From positions 1 to 64,000 of the forward strand of contig CAVRAL010000002.1 in assembly GCA_963719085.1 (NCBI GenBank): a DNA stretch of 64,000 bases, read 5' to 3'. Numbering within the stretch: position 1 is the first letter of the stretch; every line of letters begins with the position of its first letter. Below are positions 51,323 to 61,517 of this stretch, piece by piece. A program made the translations under genes and the position numbers. The notes beneath the pieces are model-generated. The model did not search any database, had not been told where the DNA came from, and saw only the letters and a list, made by a program, of their open reading frames with translations. This DNA comes from a candidate division FCPU426 bacterium (lineage in GTDB: Bacteria; Oederibacteriota; Muellerivitia; Muellerivitales; Muellerivitaceae).

Positions 51323-51510
51323 TTTCCCGCCTCCGTGCGTGGAACCGATCCGTCCTTAAAAGGATAGGGCCAGTCCCGTATTTCACCTCCGGCGCTCACA
51401 TCCTCCGGCAGGCTCAAAAAAGCATCGTTATTTAAACATTGAACCCAGGCACTGTCAACGAACAAGGCCCCGGTCTAAATAAGGCAGGCGCTTAATAAGC
51501 GGTCCCAAGA

Positions 51511-52797
51511 CTATATTTTTTCCAATCCCCGCAAACCCACTAGTTCCCTTCGGCAATCCCCCAGTAAATAAAGCGAGCCCGTGATCAGCAATCCCGAATT
51601 TTTCGTGATTTTTCCGGCGGATAATGCCAAGGCCTTTTTCCAATCTTGAACCATCAAAACCCGCGCCCCGGTTTTTTCCCACGCGCGGAAAACCCGCTCT
51701 CCCCGCTCGGCCCTTTCATGAGCCGGCTCCGTTACCACTGAAACCGCGGTCAAGGGCGCGAGTAATCGAACACAGGTTTTATAATCTTTGTCCTTCAAAA
51801 ATCCGTTCAAAACCACCCAACGCCGTTTGGGATAGCCGCTCAAAAGCGAATTTACCAAAACCCGAGTAGCCTCGGGGTTATGCGCCCCATCCATTACCAG
51901 CAAAGGTTTGGAGGATAGCGCTTCCAGTCGTCCCGGCCAACGCGCCGCCTGAAGCGCTTTTTCCATTCCCGTTTCAGCCAAGGTCAATCCCTTGGCGCCC
52001 AAAAGTTGAAATCCCGCGACAGCCAAGGCCGCGTTCGCCATTTGATAACCCGCCATGTGAGGCATCCGGAACTCTTTTTTAAGTCCGGGCCCTTCCCACG
52101 CGAAACCACCGGCGGTTTTAGAAAAATGAAACTCTTTTCCCGCGCGCCAAAGAAGCGCTCCCGCTTTTCGAGCCGTGGTTTCGATGGCCCTTAAAGCTTC
52201 CGGGTGGTTTTGCGCGGTCGCCGCCAACCCGCCGGATTTAAGAATGCCCGCTTTTTCCCAGGCGATCTTGGACAAGGTTTTTCCTAAAATATCCTGATGC
52301 TCCAACCCAACGGGCGTGATCAGGGCGGCTTCCGGCGTTGGTATCACATTGGTCGCGTCCAGACGTCCGCCAAGCCCCACTTCTAAAACCACCCAATCGG
52401 TTTTTCTCGCTTTAAACCAAAGGAAAGCCACGGCCGTGAGGGCCTCAAAATGGGTGGGGGAATGGCCGAGCTTTCGGCGAACTTGAAAACAAGCCTGAAG
52501 AACCTGCCGGCTGAGGCGGCTCAGTTCAGCGGCGGAAATCCAGGCTCCGTTCACGCGGAATCTTTCACGCAAGTCGCTTAAATGGGGAGAGGTATAAAGG
52601 CCCACACGGGCGCCGGTTTGCTTTAAGAGGGAGGCTAAAAAAGCGCAAGTGGAACCTTTTCCGTTGGAACCGGCCACATGGACAAAGCGGAGCGAAAGAT
52701 GGGGATCGCCCAATTTCTGAAGCAGGGCCCGCATGGAGTCCAAGCCAAACCGCCATCCAAAACGTTCCAGCGAATCCAATCCGGTCCTGCGGGTCAT
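51511..52797 (-). CDS. folC: Folylpolyglutamate synthase/dihydrofolate synthase
   Basis: HVAGSNGKGST, YTSPHL, EVGLGGRLDATN, WPGR, DGAHNP, TGSLYL. Confidence 0.96.
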   Translation of the reverse strand: MTRRTGLDSLERFGWRFGLDSMRALLQKLGDPHLSLRFVHVAGSNGKGSTCAFLASLLKQTGARVGLYTSPHLSDLRERFRVNGAWISAAELSRLSRQVLQACFQVRRKLGHSPTHFEALTAVAFLWFKARKTDWVVLEVGLGGRLDATNVIPTPEAALITPVGLEHQDILGKTLSKIAWEKAGILKSGGLAATAQNHPEALRAIETTARKAGALLWRAGKEFHFSKTAGGFAWEGPGLKKEFRMPHMAGYQMANAALAVAGFQLLGAKGLTLAETGMEKALQAARWPGRLEALSSKPLLVMDGAHNPEATRVLVNSLLSGYPKRRWVVLNGFLKDKDYKTCVRLLAPLTAVSVVTEPAHERAERGERVFRAWEKTGARVLMVQDWKKALALSAGKITKNSGLLITGSLYLLGDCRRELVGLRGLEKI

Positions 52798-52908
52798 GGG
52801 AGTCCTCGTTCAACCAAAACCAACCGCTCACGAAAAGACGTCCCGCCGGCCAAGAGCCAATCTTGCGGGACAAGCACCTTCTTCCTTAACTTTTTCATGG
52901 CGAGAAGG

Positions 52909-53006
52909 CGCGCCAAAACGCCAAGAGCGTCAAAGACAAAATTTTGGGGGAAACCGTGTTAAGTATTTTGCCCTTCTTGGCGTCTTTGCGCGGACTTTTT
53001 GCGTTG
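52909..53006. repeat. Palindrome D, degenerate member of the ACGCCAAG family
   Basis: CGCGCCAAAACGCCAAGAGCGTCAAAG ... TTCTTGGCGTCTTTGCGCGGACTTTTTGCGTTG. Confidence 0.65.
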
Positions 53007-53009
53007 ATT

Positions 53010-53852
53010 CTAAGATTTAAAAAACTTCAAGTACTTGCCCAGGGTGGCTTTTAGCTCATGCCGGGAAACAATCGCGTCCACGAAACCGTGTTCCACCAGG
53101 AACTCTGAGCGTTGGAAGCCCTTCGGCAGTTTTTGCCGGATCGTCTGTTCAATGACCCGGGGCCCCGCGAACCCGATCATGGCGCCCGGTTCCGCCAGGT
53201 TCACGTCCCCCAACATGCCGAAAGAAGCGGCTACACCGCCCGCGGTCGGATCAGTCAAAACCGATATATAGGGAAGATGGGCCTCTCCCAACCGGGCCAA
53301 GGCCGCTGAAATTTTCGCCATTTGCATTAATGAAAAAATACCTTCCTGCATCCGGGCGCCGCCGCCGGAGGCGGAAACGATGACCATGCCCACTTTCTTT
53401 TGCACGGCCCGCTCCACGGCCCGGGTGATCTTTTCCCCCACCACGCTGCCCATACTGCCGCCCATAAATTGAAAATCCGTGATGGCGACGGAGGCCGGCT
53501 GGCCCTGAATCTTACCCAGACCCGTAATCACGGCTTCGGGCATCTTGGTCTTATCCTGCCCCCGTTTCAATTTATCGGCGTAATCAGGAAAATCCAGGGG
53601 GTTGCCCGGAACCAAATTCTCGTCAAATTCCACAAAGCTTCCCGAATCCATCGTCAAATAAAGCCGCTCCAGGGCGGACAACTGGTTGTGATAGCCGCAT
53701 TTGGGACAGACCTTTTGGTTTTTATCCAGGTCCTTGTTGTAAAGAACCGCCGAGCAAGACTTACATTTGGTGTAAAGGCCTTGGGGAATCTGGACTAATT
53801 TTTTCCCTTGGGTTTTGGAAATGACGCTCTTGGGTTTTTTATACCAGGCCAC
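53010..53852 (-). CDS. accD: Acetyl-CoA carboxylase carboxyltransferase beta subunit
   Basis: CKSC...CPKC zinc finger, GGSMGSVVGEK, GARMQEG, FAGPRVIEQT. Confidence 0.97.
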   Translation of the reverse strand: MAWYKKPKSVISKTQGKKLVQIPQGLYTKCKSCSAVLYNKDLDKNQKVCPKCGYHNQLSALERLYLTMDSGSFVEFDENLVPGNPLDFPDYADKLKRGQDKTKMPEAVITGLGKIQGQPASVAITDFQFMGGSMGSVVGEKITRAVERAVQKKVGMVIVSASGGGARMQEGIFSLMQMAKISAALARLGEAHLPYISVLTDPTAGGVAASFGMLGDVNLAEPGAMIGFAGPRVIEQTIRQKLPKGFQRSEFLVEHGFVDAIVSRHELKATLGKYLKFFKS

Positions 53853-53885
53853 AATCGGCTCCTTTTACGCCTCTTCGAGAATTTT

Positions 53886-54686
53886 TCAGCGGGACAGCGC
53901 CTTCACGATTTCAGCGCAGTACCGCCCGACCTTCGCCGCGATCTTCGAACCCGGAGTCTTGGAAATCAGTTGAATCAGGGCGCTCGCGATAATAACGCCA
54001 TCCGCGGCTTTCCCGACCTGGGCGGCCTGTTCCTTATTGGAAATGCCAAACCCCACCACCACGGGGGTTTTCAACCGGACCCTTAAGCCTCGAAGCGACG
54101 CCAATAAGCCGTGCGCCAAAGACTTACGGGCTCCGGTCACGCCGGTCAGGGACACATAATACAAAAAAGGAGCTCCCTGGGCATCGACCTTTTGAACCCG
54201 CTCAGGGCTTGAAGTGGGAGCCAAGAAAGGAATCAGGGAAAGTCCCCGGTTCTTCAGGAAAAAATTACACTCCTCGAACTTTTCCAAGGGCAAATCAGGC
54301 ACAATCGCCCCATCCCCTCCGGCTTGGGCCAAGCGGCGGCCGAAGGTTTCCCACCCCATTTGCTCGATGGGGTTTAAATAAGTCATGACCAAAAGCGGCT
54401 GGATAAAACCCTTACGCCGCAGGTCCGCGATCAATTGAAAGGCCTGATCCACATGGGCCCCGTGTTCCAACGCGTACTGGGTCGCCATCTGAAGGGTGGG
54501 ACCATCCGCGATGGGATCGGAAAAAGGAACTCCCAATTCCAGCGCCGCCGCCCCGGACTTTAAGGCCGCTTCCGCCACTTTCAGCGACACCGCGTAGCTG
54601 GGATATCCGATACAGACATAAGGAAGAAAAAGGGATTTTTTGCGGCGGCGAGCGGCCTGGAAAATTTGCCGAAGATGTTGGCTCAC
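53886..54686 (-). CDS. trpA: Tryptophan synthase alpha subunit
   Basis: ELGVPFSDPIADGPTLQ, VPDLP, GVTGAR, VGFGIS; GTG start inferred. Confidence 0.96.
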   Translation of the reverse strand: MSQHLRQIFQAARRRKKSLFLPYVCIGYPSYAVSLKVAEAALKSGAAALELGVPFSDPIADGPTLQMATQYALEHGAHVDQAFQLIADLRRKGFIQPLLVMTYLNPIEQMGWETFGRRLAQAGGDGAIVPDLPLEKFEECNFFLKNRGLSLIPFLAPTSSPERVQKVDAQGAPFLYYVSLTGVTGARKSLAHGLLASLRGLRVRLKTPVVVGFGISNKEQAAQVGKAADGVIIASALIQLISKTPGSKIAAKVGRYCAEIVKALSR

Positions 54687-54696
54687 GGGTGGACTC

Positions 54697-55920
54697 TCAA
54701 TGGGACTTTTTAAGGGCCGAGGGGCCCAGCTTTTCAAGGATGGTGTTCACGTCTTTATCGCCCCGGCCCGATAAGTTCACCACAATCGTTGAGCTTTTAG
54801 GCATTCGCGGCGCCAATTTCATCGCGTAATAAACCGCGTGGGAACTTTCCAAGGCCGCCAATATCCCCTCATGCCGGGCCAAGGCTTGAAAAGCTTCCAA
54901 AGCGTTTGCGTCCGTGGCCGAAACATAAACGGCTCGTTGAGTGTCCCGCAGATAACTGTGCTCGGGGCCCACGCCCGGATAATCGAGCCCGGCGGAAATC
55001 GAGTGAGTCTCGGCGATCTGGCCTTCCTTGGTCTGAAGCACATAACTGCGGCTTCCGTGCAGGATGCCGGGCCTTCCCTTGATCATGGTAGCCGCCGTAC
55101 GGGCGGTATTCACGCCGTCGCCCGCCGCTTCCACCCCGTAAAGCTTGACCGATCGATCTTTGAGGAACGGGTAAAAGAGCCCAATGGCGTTGGAGCCGCC
55201 GTTCACGCAGGCGACCAAGGCACCCGGGAGCTTTCCTTCCGCCTTCCTCATTTGTCCCCGAACTTCTTCGCCAATCACTTTCTGGAAGTCCCGAACCATG
55301 GCCGGATAAGGATGGGGCCCCGCCGCCGACCCGATCAAGTAATAGGTGGTGCGGACATTGGTCACCCAGTCGCGCAAGGCCTCGCTCATGGCGTCTTTAA
55401 GTGTACGGGTTCCCGATTTCACCGGGTGCACTTTGGCCCCCAGCAATTTCATCCGAAAAACATTCAGGGCCTGCCGCTCCACGTCCACTTCCCCCATGAA
55501 AACCTCGCACTCGAGCCCAAAAAGGGCGCAGACCGTCGCCGTGGCCACGCCATGCTGGCCCGCGCCGGTCTCGGCGATAACCCGTTTCTTCCCCATCCGC
55601 TTCGCCAATAATATTTGGCCCAAACAATTGTTGATCTTGTGGGAACCCGTGTGATTCAGGTCCTCGCGCTTCAAATAAATTTTGGCGCCCTTCAATTGGC
55701 GGGTTAGGTTGGCGGCTAAGGTCAGCGGGGTAGGCCTTCCGCTATATTCGGTCAAATATTGGCGGAGTTCTTTTTTAAAGCGGGGATCCCGCCGCGCGGC
55801 CGCGTAGGCGGCCGTCAGCTCGCGCAAGGCGACCATAAGGGTTTCGGGCACATATTGGCCGCCGTAAGGGCCGAAATAACCGGCCGCGTTTGGAAGTGGT
55901 TTGGTTTTTCCGGAAGCCAT
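54697..55920 (-). CDS. trpB: Tryptophan synthase beta subunit
   Basis: [46 protein letters not shown]. Confidence 0.98.
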   Translation of the reverse strand: MASGKTKPLPNAAGYFGPYGGQYVPETLMVALRELTAAYAAARRDPRFKKELRQYLTEYSGRPTPLTLAANLTRQLKGAKIYLKREDLNHTGSHKINNCLGQILLAKRMGKKRVIAETGAGQHGVATATVCALFGLECEVFMGEVDVERQALNVFRMKLLGAKVHPVKSGTRTLKDAMSEALRDWVTNVRTTYYLIGSAAGPHPYPAMVRDFQKVIGEEVRGQMRKAEGKLPGALVACVNGGSNAIGLFYPFLKDRSVKLYGVEAAGDGVNTARTAATMIKGRPGILHGSRSYVLQTKEGQIAETHSISAGLDYPGVGPEHSYLRDTQRAVYVSATDANALEAFQALARHEGILAALESSHAVYYAMKLAPRMPKSSTIVVNLSGRGDKDVNTILEKLGPSALKKSH

Positions 55921-56080
55921 CGCGAGGTGTTTCCTTTACGAGAATGGGGGACAGATTAACCGCATCAAGACCCAAAAGGCAAAAAAATTAACGCGGGCAT
56001 TCCCCGGCTCTTGAAATGCTTTTATAAATCGGCGTTTTTCTTTTGGGTTGCCTTGGTTTTTCACATTAAAAACCAAAAGC

Positions 56081-56644
56081 TCAAAGGGCCGAGGGCGACT
56101 CGCTCTTGATCTTTTCGAGCTTTTCCTTGGCGCCGGCGTTTTCCGGATCCAAGGCTAAGGCGTTTTTGTACTCGACTTCGGCCTTGTCCACGTAGTCTTG
56201 TTGGTTGTAAAGATCACCCAATCGCACGGAGCAGGAAACCGCCAGCTCACGCTGGTTATGCCGCTGATACAGGTCGCGTAAATTGATAAGCGATTCGATG
56301 GCTTCGGGCAGTTTCAATAGGATGTCCTTGTAAAGAAGGACGGCCTTTTCGGTATCCTGGGGCTCCACGATTTTTTGGATGAGATGGGCCAATTCGCGAA
56401 AAGCCGCCAGGGCCTTTTTATGGTTTTTCTCGTTTAAAAATCCATTGGCGGCGGTTTCAAATTCACGGTAAGCCCGCTCGAGATCGCCCTTTTTCAGGTA
56501 AAGCTCGCCCACAGTCACCCGGACGTTAAAGTCATTGGGATCAAGCGCGATAATCTTTTGATACTCCACAATAGCCTTATCCCAACTGCCGGTATGGTAG
56601 TAGATATGGGCGAGTTTAATAATCAGGGATTTCTGGTCGGCCAA
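56081..56644 (-). CDS. Cytoplasmic TPR protein within the trp cluster
   Basis: AIVEYQKIIALDP, GELYLKKG, LGDLY...ALALDPEN. Confidence 0.85.
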   Translation of the reverse strand: MADQKSLIIKLAHIYYHTGSWDKAIVEYQKIIALDPNDFNVRVTVGELYLKKGDLERAYREFETAANGFLNEKNHKKALAAFRELAHLIQKIVEPQDTEKAVLLYKDILLKLPEAIESLINLRDLYQRHNQRELAVSCSVRLGDLYNQQDYVDKAEVEYKNALALDPENAGAKEKLEKIKSESPSAL

Positions 56645-56659
56645 AGCGGACCGGTCCTT

Positions 56660-57283
56660 TCAGGCTTGAGCGGCTTTTTTAGCGCGCCGGATAAACTGCG
56701 CGACTTTCTGGGGATCTTTTCGACCGGGCAGGATCTCAACCCCGCTGGCCACATCCACTCCAAAGGGCCTCGCGGTTTGAATGGCTTGGGCGACGTTTTC
56801 CGGCGTCAACCCGCCAGCCAGCAAAACAGGGGCAGGAAGCTGGGAAATGGCTTTTCGGGCCCACTTCCAATCGAAGCGCTCGCCGGTTCCGCCTCGTTTG
56901 TCCTTATTATAATGATCCAATAAAAAGGCCGCAACGTGAAAGCCCCGGTAAGCGTGCGGCGTGTCCGCGTCTTTCATGCGAATCGCCTTCAGCGCCGGCA
57001 CGGAGACCGCCTCACAAAACCCTTCATTCTCCTCGCCATGCAGTTGAACGGCCTGGAAACCGCAATATTTAACCAACGCTTTTACCCGGGCTAAAGGTTC
57101 GTTGACAAAGACCCCCACCGGCGTCACGAAAGGCGGGACCAGCCGCACGAGTCGCTTGGCCTGCTCCGGCGTTATTTTGCGCGGACCTTGGGACATCTGA
57201 AACCCAATGGCGTCAGCGCCCTCACGAACGATCAACCGCGCGTCTTCGGGCCTCGTCACCCCGCAAATTTTAACCCGTACCAT
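56660..57283 (-). CDS. trpF: Phosphoribosylanthranilate isomerase
   Basis: VKICGVT, VQLHGEE, GGTGERFDW, LAGGLTPENV, GVDVASGVE. Confidence 0.97.
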   Translation of the reverse strand: MVRVKICGVTRPEDARLIVREGADAIGFQMSQGPRKITPEQAKRLVRLVPPFVTPVGVFVNEPLARVKALVKYCGFQAVQLHGEENEGFCEAVSVPALKAIRMKDADTPHAYRGFHVAAFLLDHYNKDKRGGTGERFDWKWARKAISQLPAPVLLAGGLTPENVAQAIQTARPFGVDVASGVEILPGRKDPQKVAQFIRRAKKAAQA

Positions 57284-57284
57284 T

Positions 57285-58073
57285 TTACAAATCCTCCGGA
57301 GGCATGACGGCTTTGACCGCCGCTTCCAAATCAGGCGCCGTCATGAAGGCCTCGCCCACTAAAATCGTGGACGCGCCTTTCTCCCGAAGAAACAAAGCGT
57401 CCTCGCGGGTGAAGATGCCGCTTTCACTCACGATGGGCAACCCATGGGGGCATTTTCGGATCAACTGGACCGTCGTTTGTAGGTCCACTTTAAAATCGTT
57501 GAGATTGCGGTTGTTGATTCCTAAAAGCTTCACATCGGCTTTCAAGGCGGTTTCCAACTCCTTCAAATCATGGACCTCCACCAAAACCGTCATGCCCAAT
57601 TCCCTGGCCAATTGCTGCAATTCCTTTAATTGCTCCAACGAAAGCATGGCCACAATCAAAAGAATGGCGTCCGCTTCGGCTTCCCGGGCCTCATAGATTT
57701 GGTGTTCATCGATCAGGAAATCTTTTCGCAAAACCGGCAGGCGGGCGGAATGCTTGGCCAATTTCAAATAGGCCAAACTTCCATGAAAATAGGAAACGTC
57801 GGTCAAAACCGACAAGGCCTGAACCCCGGCCCGGGCGTAAAGAGGCGCCAATTGTTCCACGTCAAACTCAGGGCGCAGAATGCCCTTGGAGGGACTGGCC
57901 TTTTTCAACTCCCCGATGATTGAAAGCTTGTTCGGCCTTACCACAGCCTTCAGAAAATCCAAAGGCGGCGTTTGGGACAAAGCGCCTGCTTTCAAGGACG
58001 CCAATCCCCTTTCTTTTTTCAAAAAGGCGATTTCCTCTTTTTTGGTAAGCGCTATTTTTTGAAGAATACTCAT
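57285..58073 (-). CDS. trpC: Indole-3-glycerol phosphate synthase
   Basis: ELKKASPSKG, SVLTD, LRKDF, GINNRNL, SESGI, LVGE. Confidence 0.97.
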   Translation of the reverse strand: MSILQKIALTKKEEIAFLKKERGLASLKAGALSQTPPLDFLKAVVRPNKLSIIGELKKASPSKGILRPEFDVEQLAPLYARAGVQALSVLTDVSYFHGSLAYLKLAKHSARLPVLRKDFLIDEHQIYEAREAEADAILLIVAMLSLEQLKELQQLARELGMTVLVEVHDLKELETALKADVKLLGINNRNLNDFKVDLQTTVQLIRKCPHGLPIVSESGIFTREDALFLREKGASTILVGEAFMTAPDLEAAVKAVMPPEDL

Positions 58074-58150
58074 CTACTTCCCTTTTCACTTAGTCTTTAT
58101 TTAGACGCCGCCCGGCTTAGGCTTGATTCGAAAAGACCAGCTTCTATCGG

Positions 58151-59164
58151 TCAGGAATGGGACAACTTCACGAGTTTTCCGAGCGTCCCCAAGGCCTTTT
58201 TGGAATCAATGGCTTCCTCAGCCAAGGATCGGCCTTCGGGGATGGTTTTACACTTGCCCGCCGCGTAAAAGCCAACCGCCGCGTTCATCAGCACCGCGTC
58301 CCGGTAAGGCCCCTTTTGGCCTTCCAGGATATCGGTCAGGATTTTGGCGTTGGCAGCCGCGTCCGATCCATGGATGAACTCGAGGGGTTTTCGCTCAAAC
58401 TCAAAATCCTTCGGCTCAATCGTCGAGCTTTTTACAGCGCCCATGCTCGAGTATTCCCATAAAGAAGTCGGCTCGGCGCAAGAAACCTCGTCCAACCCGT
58501 CCTGACTGTGCAGGGTAATCACCCTTTCACTTCCGGCTTGAATCAAGACTTCGCCCATCAATTGGGCCTTAGCCTTGTCATAAACACCGATGACTTGTTT
58601 TTTAACGGAGGCCGGATTGCACAGTGGACCCAGGATGTTAAAGAGGGTGCGGATCCCCATCTCTTTTCGAATAGTTCCCACATTTTTCATGGCCGGATGA
58701 AAATGGGGGGCGAACAAAAAGGCGATGCCCGCTTCCCGAAGACACTTTTCCAAGACCGAAGTGGTCGGATCAATTTTAACGCCCAGCGCGTCAAGCACTT
58801 CGGCGCTGCCGCATTGGCTGGAAGCCGCCCGGTTGCCGTGCTTGGCCACCGCCACACCGCCCCCGGCCAAAACCAAAGCCGAGGTCGTGGAAATATTAAA
58901 GGTTCCTTTGTGATCCCCGCCGGTTCCGCACACATCGATGGCGTCAAGATCGTCCACTTGAAGGCGCACCATCTTTTCCCGCATGGCCTTCACGCTGCCC
59001 AAAACCTCTTCCACCGTCTCGCCTTTGGCGTTTAGGAAAGAAAGATAGGCCCCCACCTGCGCGGGGGTCGCCTTGGCTTCGAAAATCTCAAGCGCGCAAT
59101 CCCAGGCTTCCGCCTCAGTGAGGGGTTCATTTTGCGATAATTTGATGATGCAGTCGCGGATCAT
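58151..59164 (-). CDS. trpD: Anthranilate phosphoribosyltransferase
   Basis: DVCGTGGD, FNIST, AKHGNRA, FNILGPLCNP, DGLDE. Confidence 0.97.
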   Translation of the reverse strand: MIRDCIIKLSQNEPLTEAEAWDCALEIFEAKATPAQVGAYLSFLNAKGETVEEVLGSVKAMREKMVRLQVDDLDAIDVCGTGGDHKGTFNISTTSALVLAGGGVAVAKHGNRAASSQCGSAEVLDALGVKIDPTTSVLEKCLREAGIAFLFAPHFHPAMKNVGTIRKEMGIRTLFNILGPLCNPASVKKQVIGVYDKAKAQLMGEVLIQAGSERVITLHSQDGLDEVSCAEPTSLWEYSSMGAVKSSTIEPKDFEFERKPLEFIHGSDAAANAKILTDILEGQKGPYRDAVLMNAAVGFYAAGKCKTIPEGRSLAEEAIDSKKALGTLGKLVKLSHS

Positions 59165-59243
59165 GGTGAGCCCTTCTTTTAAAAAATGGAACGGTTATTG
59201 TAACCGTAGCGGCTTGAAATCCAATCAAGAGATGGAACAACCG

Positions 59244-60005
59244 TTAAATTAAGAAGAATTGGCGGGCGTTTCGAGTGGTGATTTCGGCGATTTCATCTAA
59301 AGAAAGGCCCTTTACCTGGGCGACGGTCTCCGCGGTCAGCTTCACATAAGCCGGTTCGTTCCGCTTCCCCCGGTGGGGATGGGGCGTCAGATAGGGCGAG
59401 TCGGTCTCGACCACGATTCTTTCCAACGGGATATTGCTGACCGCGTCCCGGATGGACTGGCCATTTTTAAAGGTCACCGGACCCGCGATAGAAAACAAAC
59501 ATCCCAATTCCATGAAGCGTTCCACAAAATCCGGACCCGCCGAGTAGCAATGCATGAGAATTTTAAGCCCTTGGGCTTTTTGGTTTAAAACCCGCCAAAC
59601 ATCCTCATGGGCGTCCCGGTCGTGGATGATGATCGGCAGGGAAAGCTCGCGGGCCAGGTTGATCATCCGCTCGAAGACCACGAATTGTTTCTCACGGTTA
59701 GAGTCATGGTGGTAGTCCAAGCCGATCTCACCAATCCCCTTGGGGTGGGTTTCCCGTGCCAAGCGCTCGATTTTCAGAAGTTCCGCTTCATCAAACCGAT
59801 CCACATCGGAGGGGTGGGCCCCGATGGTGTGATAAACCACCCCGGGATGCCGGGAGGCGATTGCCGCGGCGGCCGCGGAGCTTTTCTCATCGGTGCCAAT
59901 CGTAACCATTAATCCGATCCCGTCCGCCCGGGCCCTAGCCAGGACCGCGTCTTCCTCTTGTGTCAAACGCTCATCATCCAAATGACAGTGGGTATCAATC
60001 AACAT
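59244..60005 (-). CDS. tatD: TatD-family nuclease
   Basis: IDTHCHL, GEIGLDY, IHDRDAH, HCYS, ETDSPYL. Confidence 0.96.
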   Translation of the reverse strand: MLIDTHCHLDDERLTQEEDAVLARARADGIGLMVTIGTDEKSSAAAAAIASRHPGVVYHTIGAHPSDVDRFDEAELLKIERLARETHPKGIGEIGLDYHHDSNREKQFVVFERMINLARELSLPIIIHDRDAHEDVWRVLNQKAQGLKILMHCYSAGPDFVERFMELGCLFSIAGPVTFKNGQSIRDAVSNIPLERIVVETDSPYLTPHPHRGKRNEPAYVKLTAETVAQVKGLSLDEIAEITTRNARQFFLI

Positions 60006-61440
60006 GGCCGTTCGCCTTTTCTTTGTTTTTCAAAACAACCCAGTCCTCGGAGTCGAACAAAACCCTGTAGCCCTGGGATTTTTTCAACTTCAGAATTCCC
60101 GACAAGTTTTCCCGGCTCAAGGGCCATCCGTTCTCATCTAGCGCCACAATCACGTAATCTTCCGCCGGCGGGCTTTCTGCCCATCTCTCATCCATCCGGT
60201 CAATCACTTCCCGGTGCGATAGATGAGGAATCACGCTGGATTGCGCCAACACCGACGCCCCTTCCGGAATCAGACTCAACGCTTCCTTTCCGGTTTCCTC
60301 CGCCTGGGTAAAACGCCAGAAGGGATACCGGATAAAGTGACCCATAGGTTGATGAGGAAGTTGAAAGGCGATGATGTTGAAAACCAAGATCAAAATCGCA
60401 AGGCCGCGCAGGACCTTTCCCCGAAACGCTGGATCCTTCATTCGCTGGAAAAGCCGGTAAAACCCGTCCGCGGAAGCCAGGCAAAGAATGGGGGCTGCCA
60501 TCACATTGTATTGATACATCATCACCCAAAAGTCCGGATCGTCGGATAACATTCTTTCGCAAATTAAAGGAACGGCCAATAGTCCCCAAGGTGAAAAAAA
60601 GGCGCCAAAAAAATAAGGCAAAAACAAACAAAGGATCGTGATCGTTTTGGTCGAGTTTGAAAAAAGTATTCCCAAAACTTTAAAAGGATGCGCGAGGCAA
60701 GTCTCCACGGCTTGAAGGGGCCCCAATCCCAATTGGGCGAATCGCCAATGGGTATAAGGCCTTTCACCCAAATAGGGGATCAAAAACTTGACCTCAAACA
60801 GGAACAGGGCCAAAGCCGCTCCCGAAAGGATCAGCCCCTTGCCCCACTTTCCCCCCACCATTAAAACAACTCCAAAAAAAACCGCCAATAAACACAAGTT
60901 CTCCTTGCACATCGCCATAAAAAAAACGCATCCAAAAAAAGGCCACCATTTTTCCTCGTCGGCAAAATAAATAGCGAAGGCGGCCGCCGGTACCGCCAAG
61001 GTCAATTCGTGGAAATCAAAAGCCGCCTCGGCCTGCAGTTCCCAAAGCAGGGTGTAAGAAACCGCGAAACAAACACCCGCAAACCGTCCCAGTCTTTTCC
61101 GGGTAAAAAGATAAATGGGAAATAGCGGAAGCGTCAGAAGGACCGCTTGGGCCACTAGAATCATTTCCACATGGGGATAAATCCAATAAAGGGGGGCCAA
61201 AAAGGCCATCGTGGGGTCGAAATGATCCCCCAATAAATTGTTGAAATGGCTGATGGTGTCGGAGGGAACCTCGAACCGGCTGTAATGCCAAACGGCATGA
61301 TCGGCGATGCCTAAATCAAAATCCGCGCTTTGAAAATGCCAATGGCGAAAGAGGGACAAAACCGAGTAAGCCGCCACCGCGAAGATCCAATAGGCAAAAA
61401 GGCCCTTTTCCTCACGGAGCCATTCCATCGACTTTATCAT
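59995..61440 (-). CDS. DUF2079-type polytopic membrane protein (putative GT-C fold)
   Basis: FDLGI, GDHFDP, FDFHE, KE motifs; about 10 TM. Confidence 0.78.
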   Translation of the reverse strand: MIKSMEWLREEKGLFAYWIFAVAAYSVLSLFRHWHFQSADFDLGIADHAVWHYSRFEVPSDTISHFNNLLGDHFDPTMAFLAPLYWIYPHVEMILVAQAVLLTLPLFPIYLFTRKRLGRFAGVCFAVSYTLLWELQAEAAFDFHELTLAVPAAAFAIYFADEEKWWPFFGCVFFMAMCKENLCLLAVFFGVVLMVGGKWGKGLILSGAALALFLFEVKFLIPYLGERPYTHWRFAQLGLGPLQAVETCLAHPFKVLGILFSNSTKTITILCLFLPYFFGAFFSPWGLLAVPLICERMLSDDPDFWVMMYQYNVMAAPILCLASADGFYRLFQRMKDPAFRGKVLRGLAILILVFNIIAFQLPHQPMGHFIRYPFWRFTQAEETGKEALSLIPEGASVLAQSSVIPHLSHREVIDRMDERWAESPPAEDYVIVALDENGWPLSRENLSGILKLKKSQGYRVLFDSEDWVVLKNKEKANGHVD

Positions 61441-61517
61441 CGATCCCCAGCTTTCATTTCAGGAATAAATCATTCCTTTTTCTTTTCAACCCAAGGGGCC
61501 AAGGCAATCAACCAACA

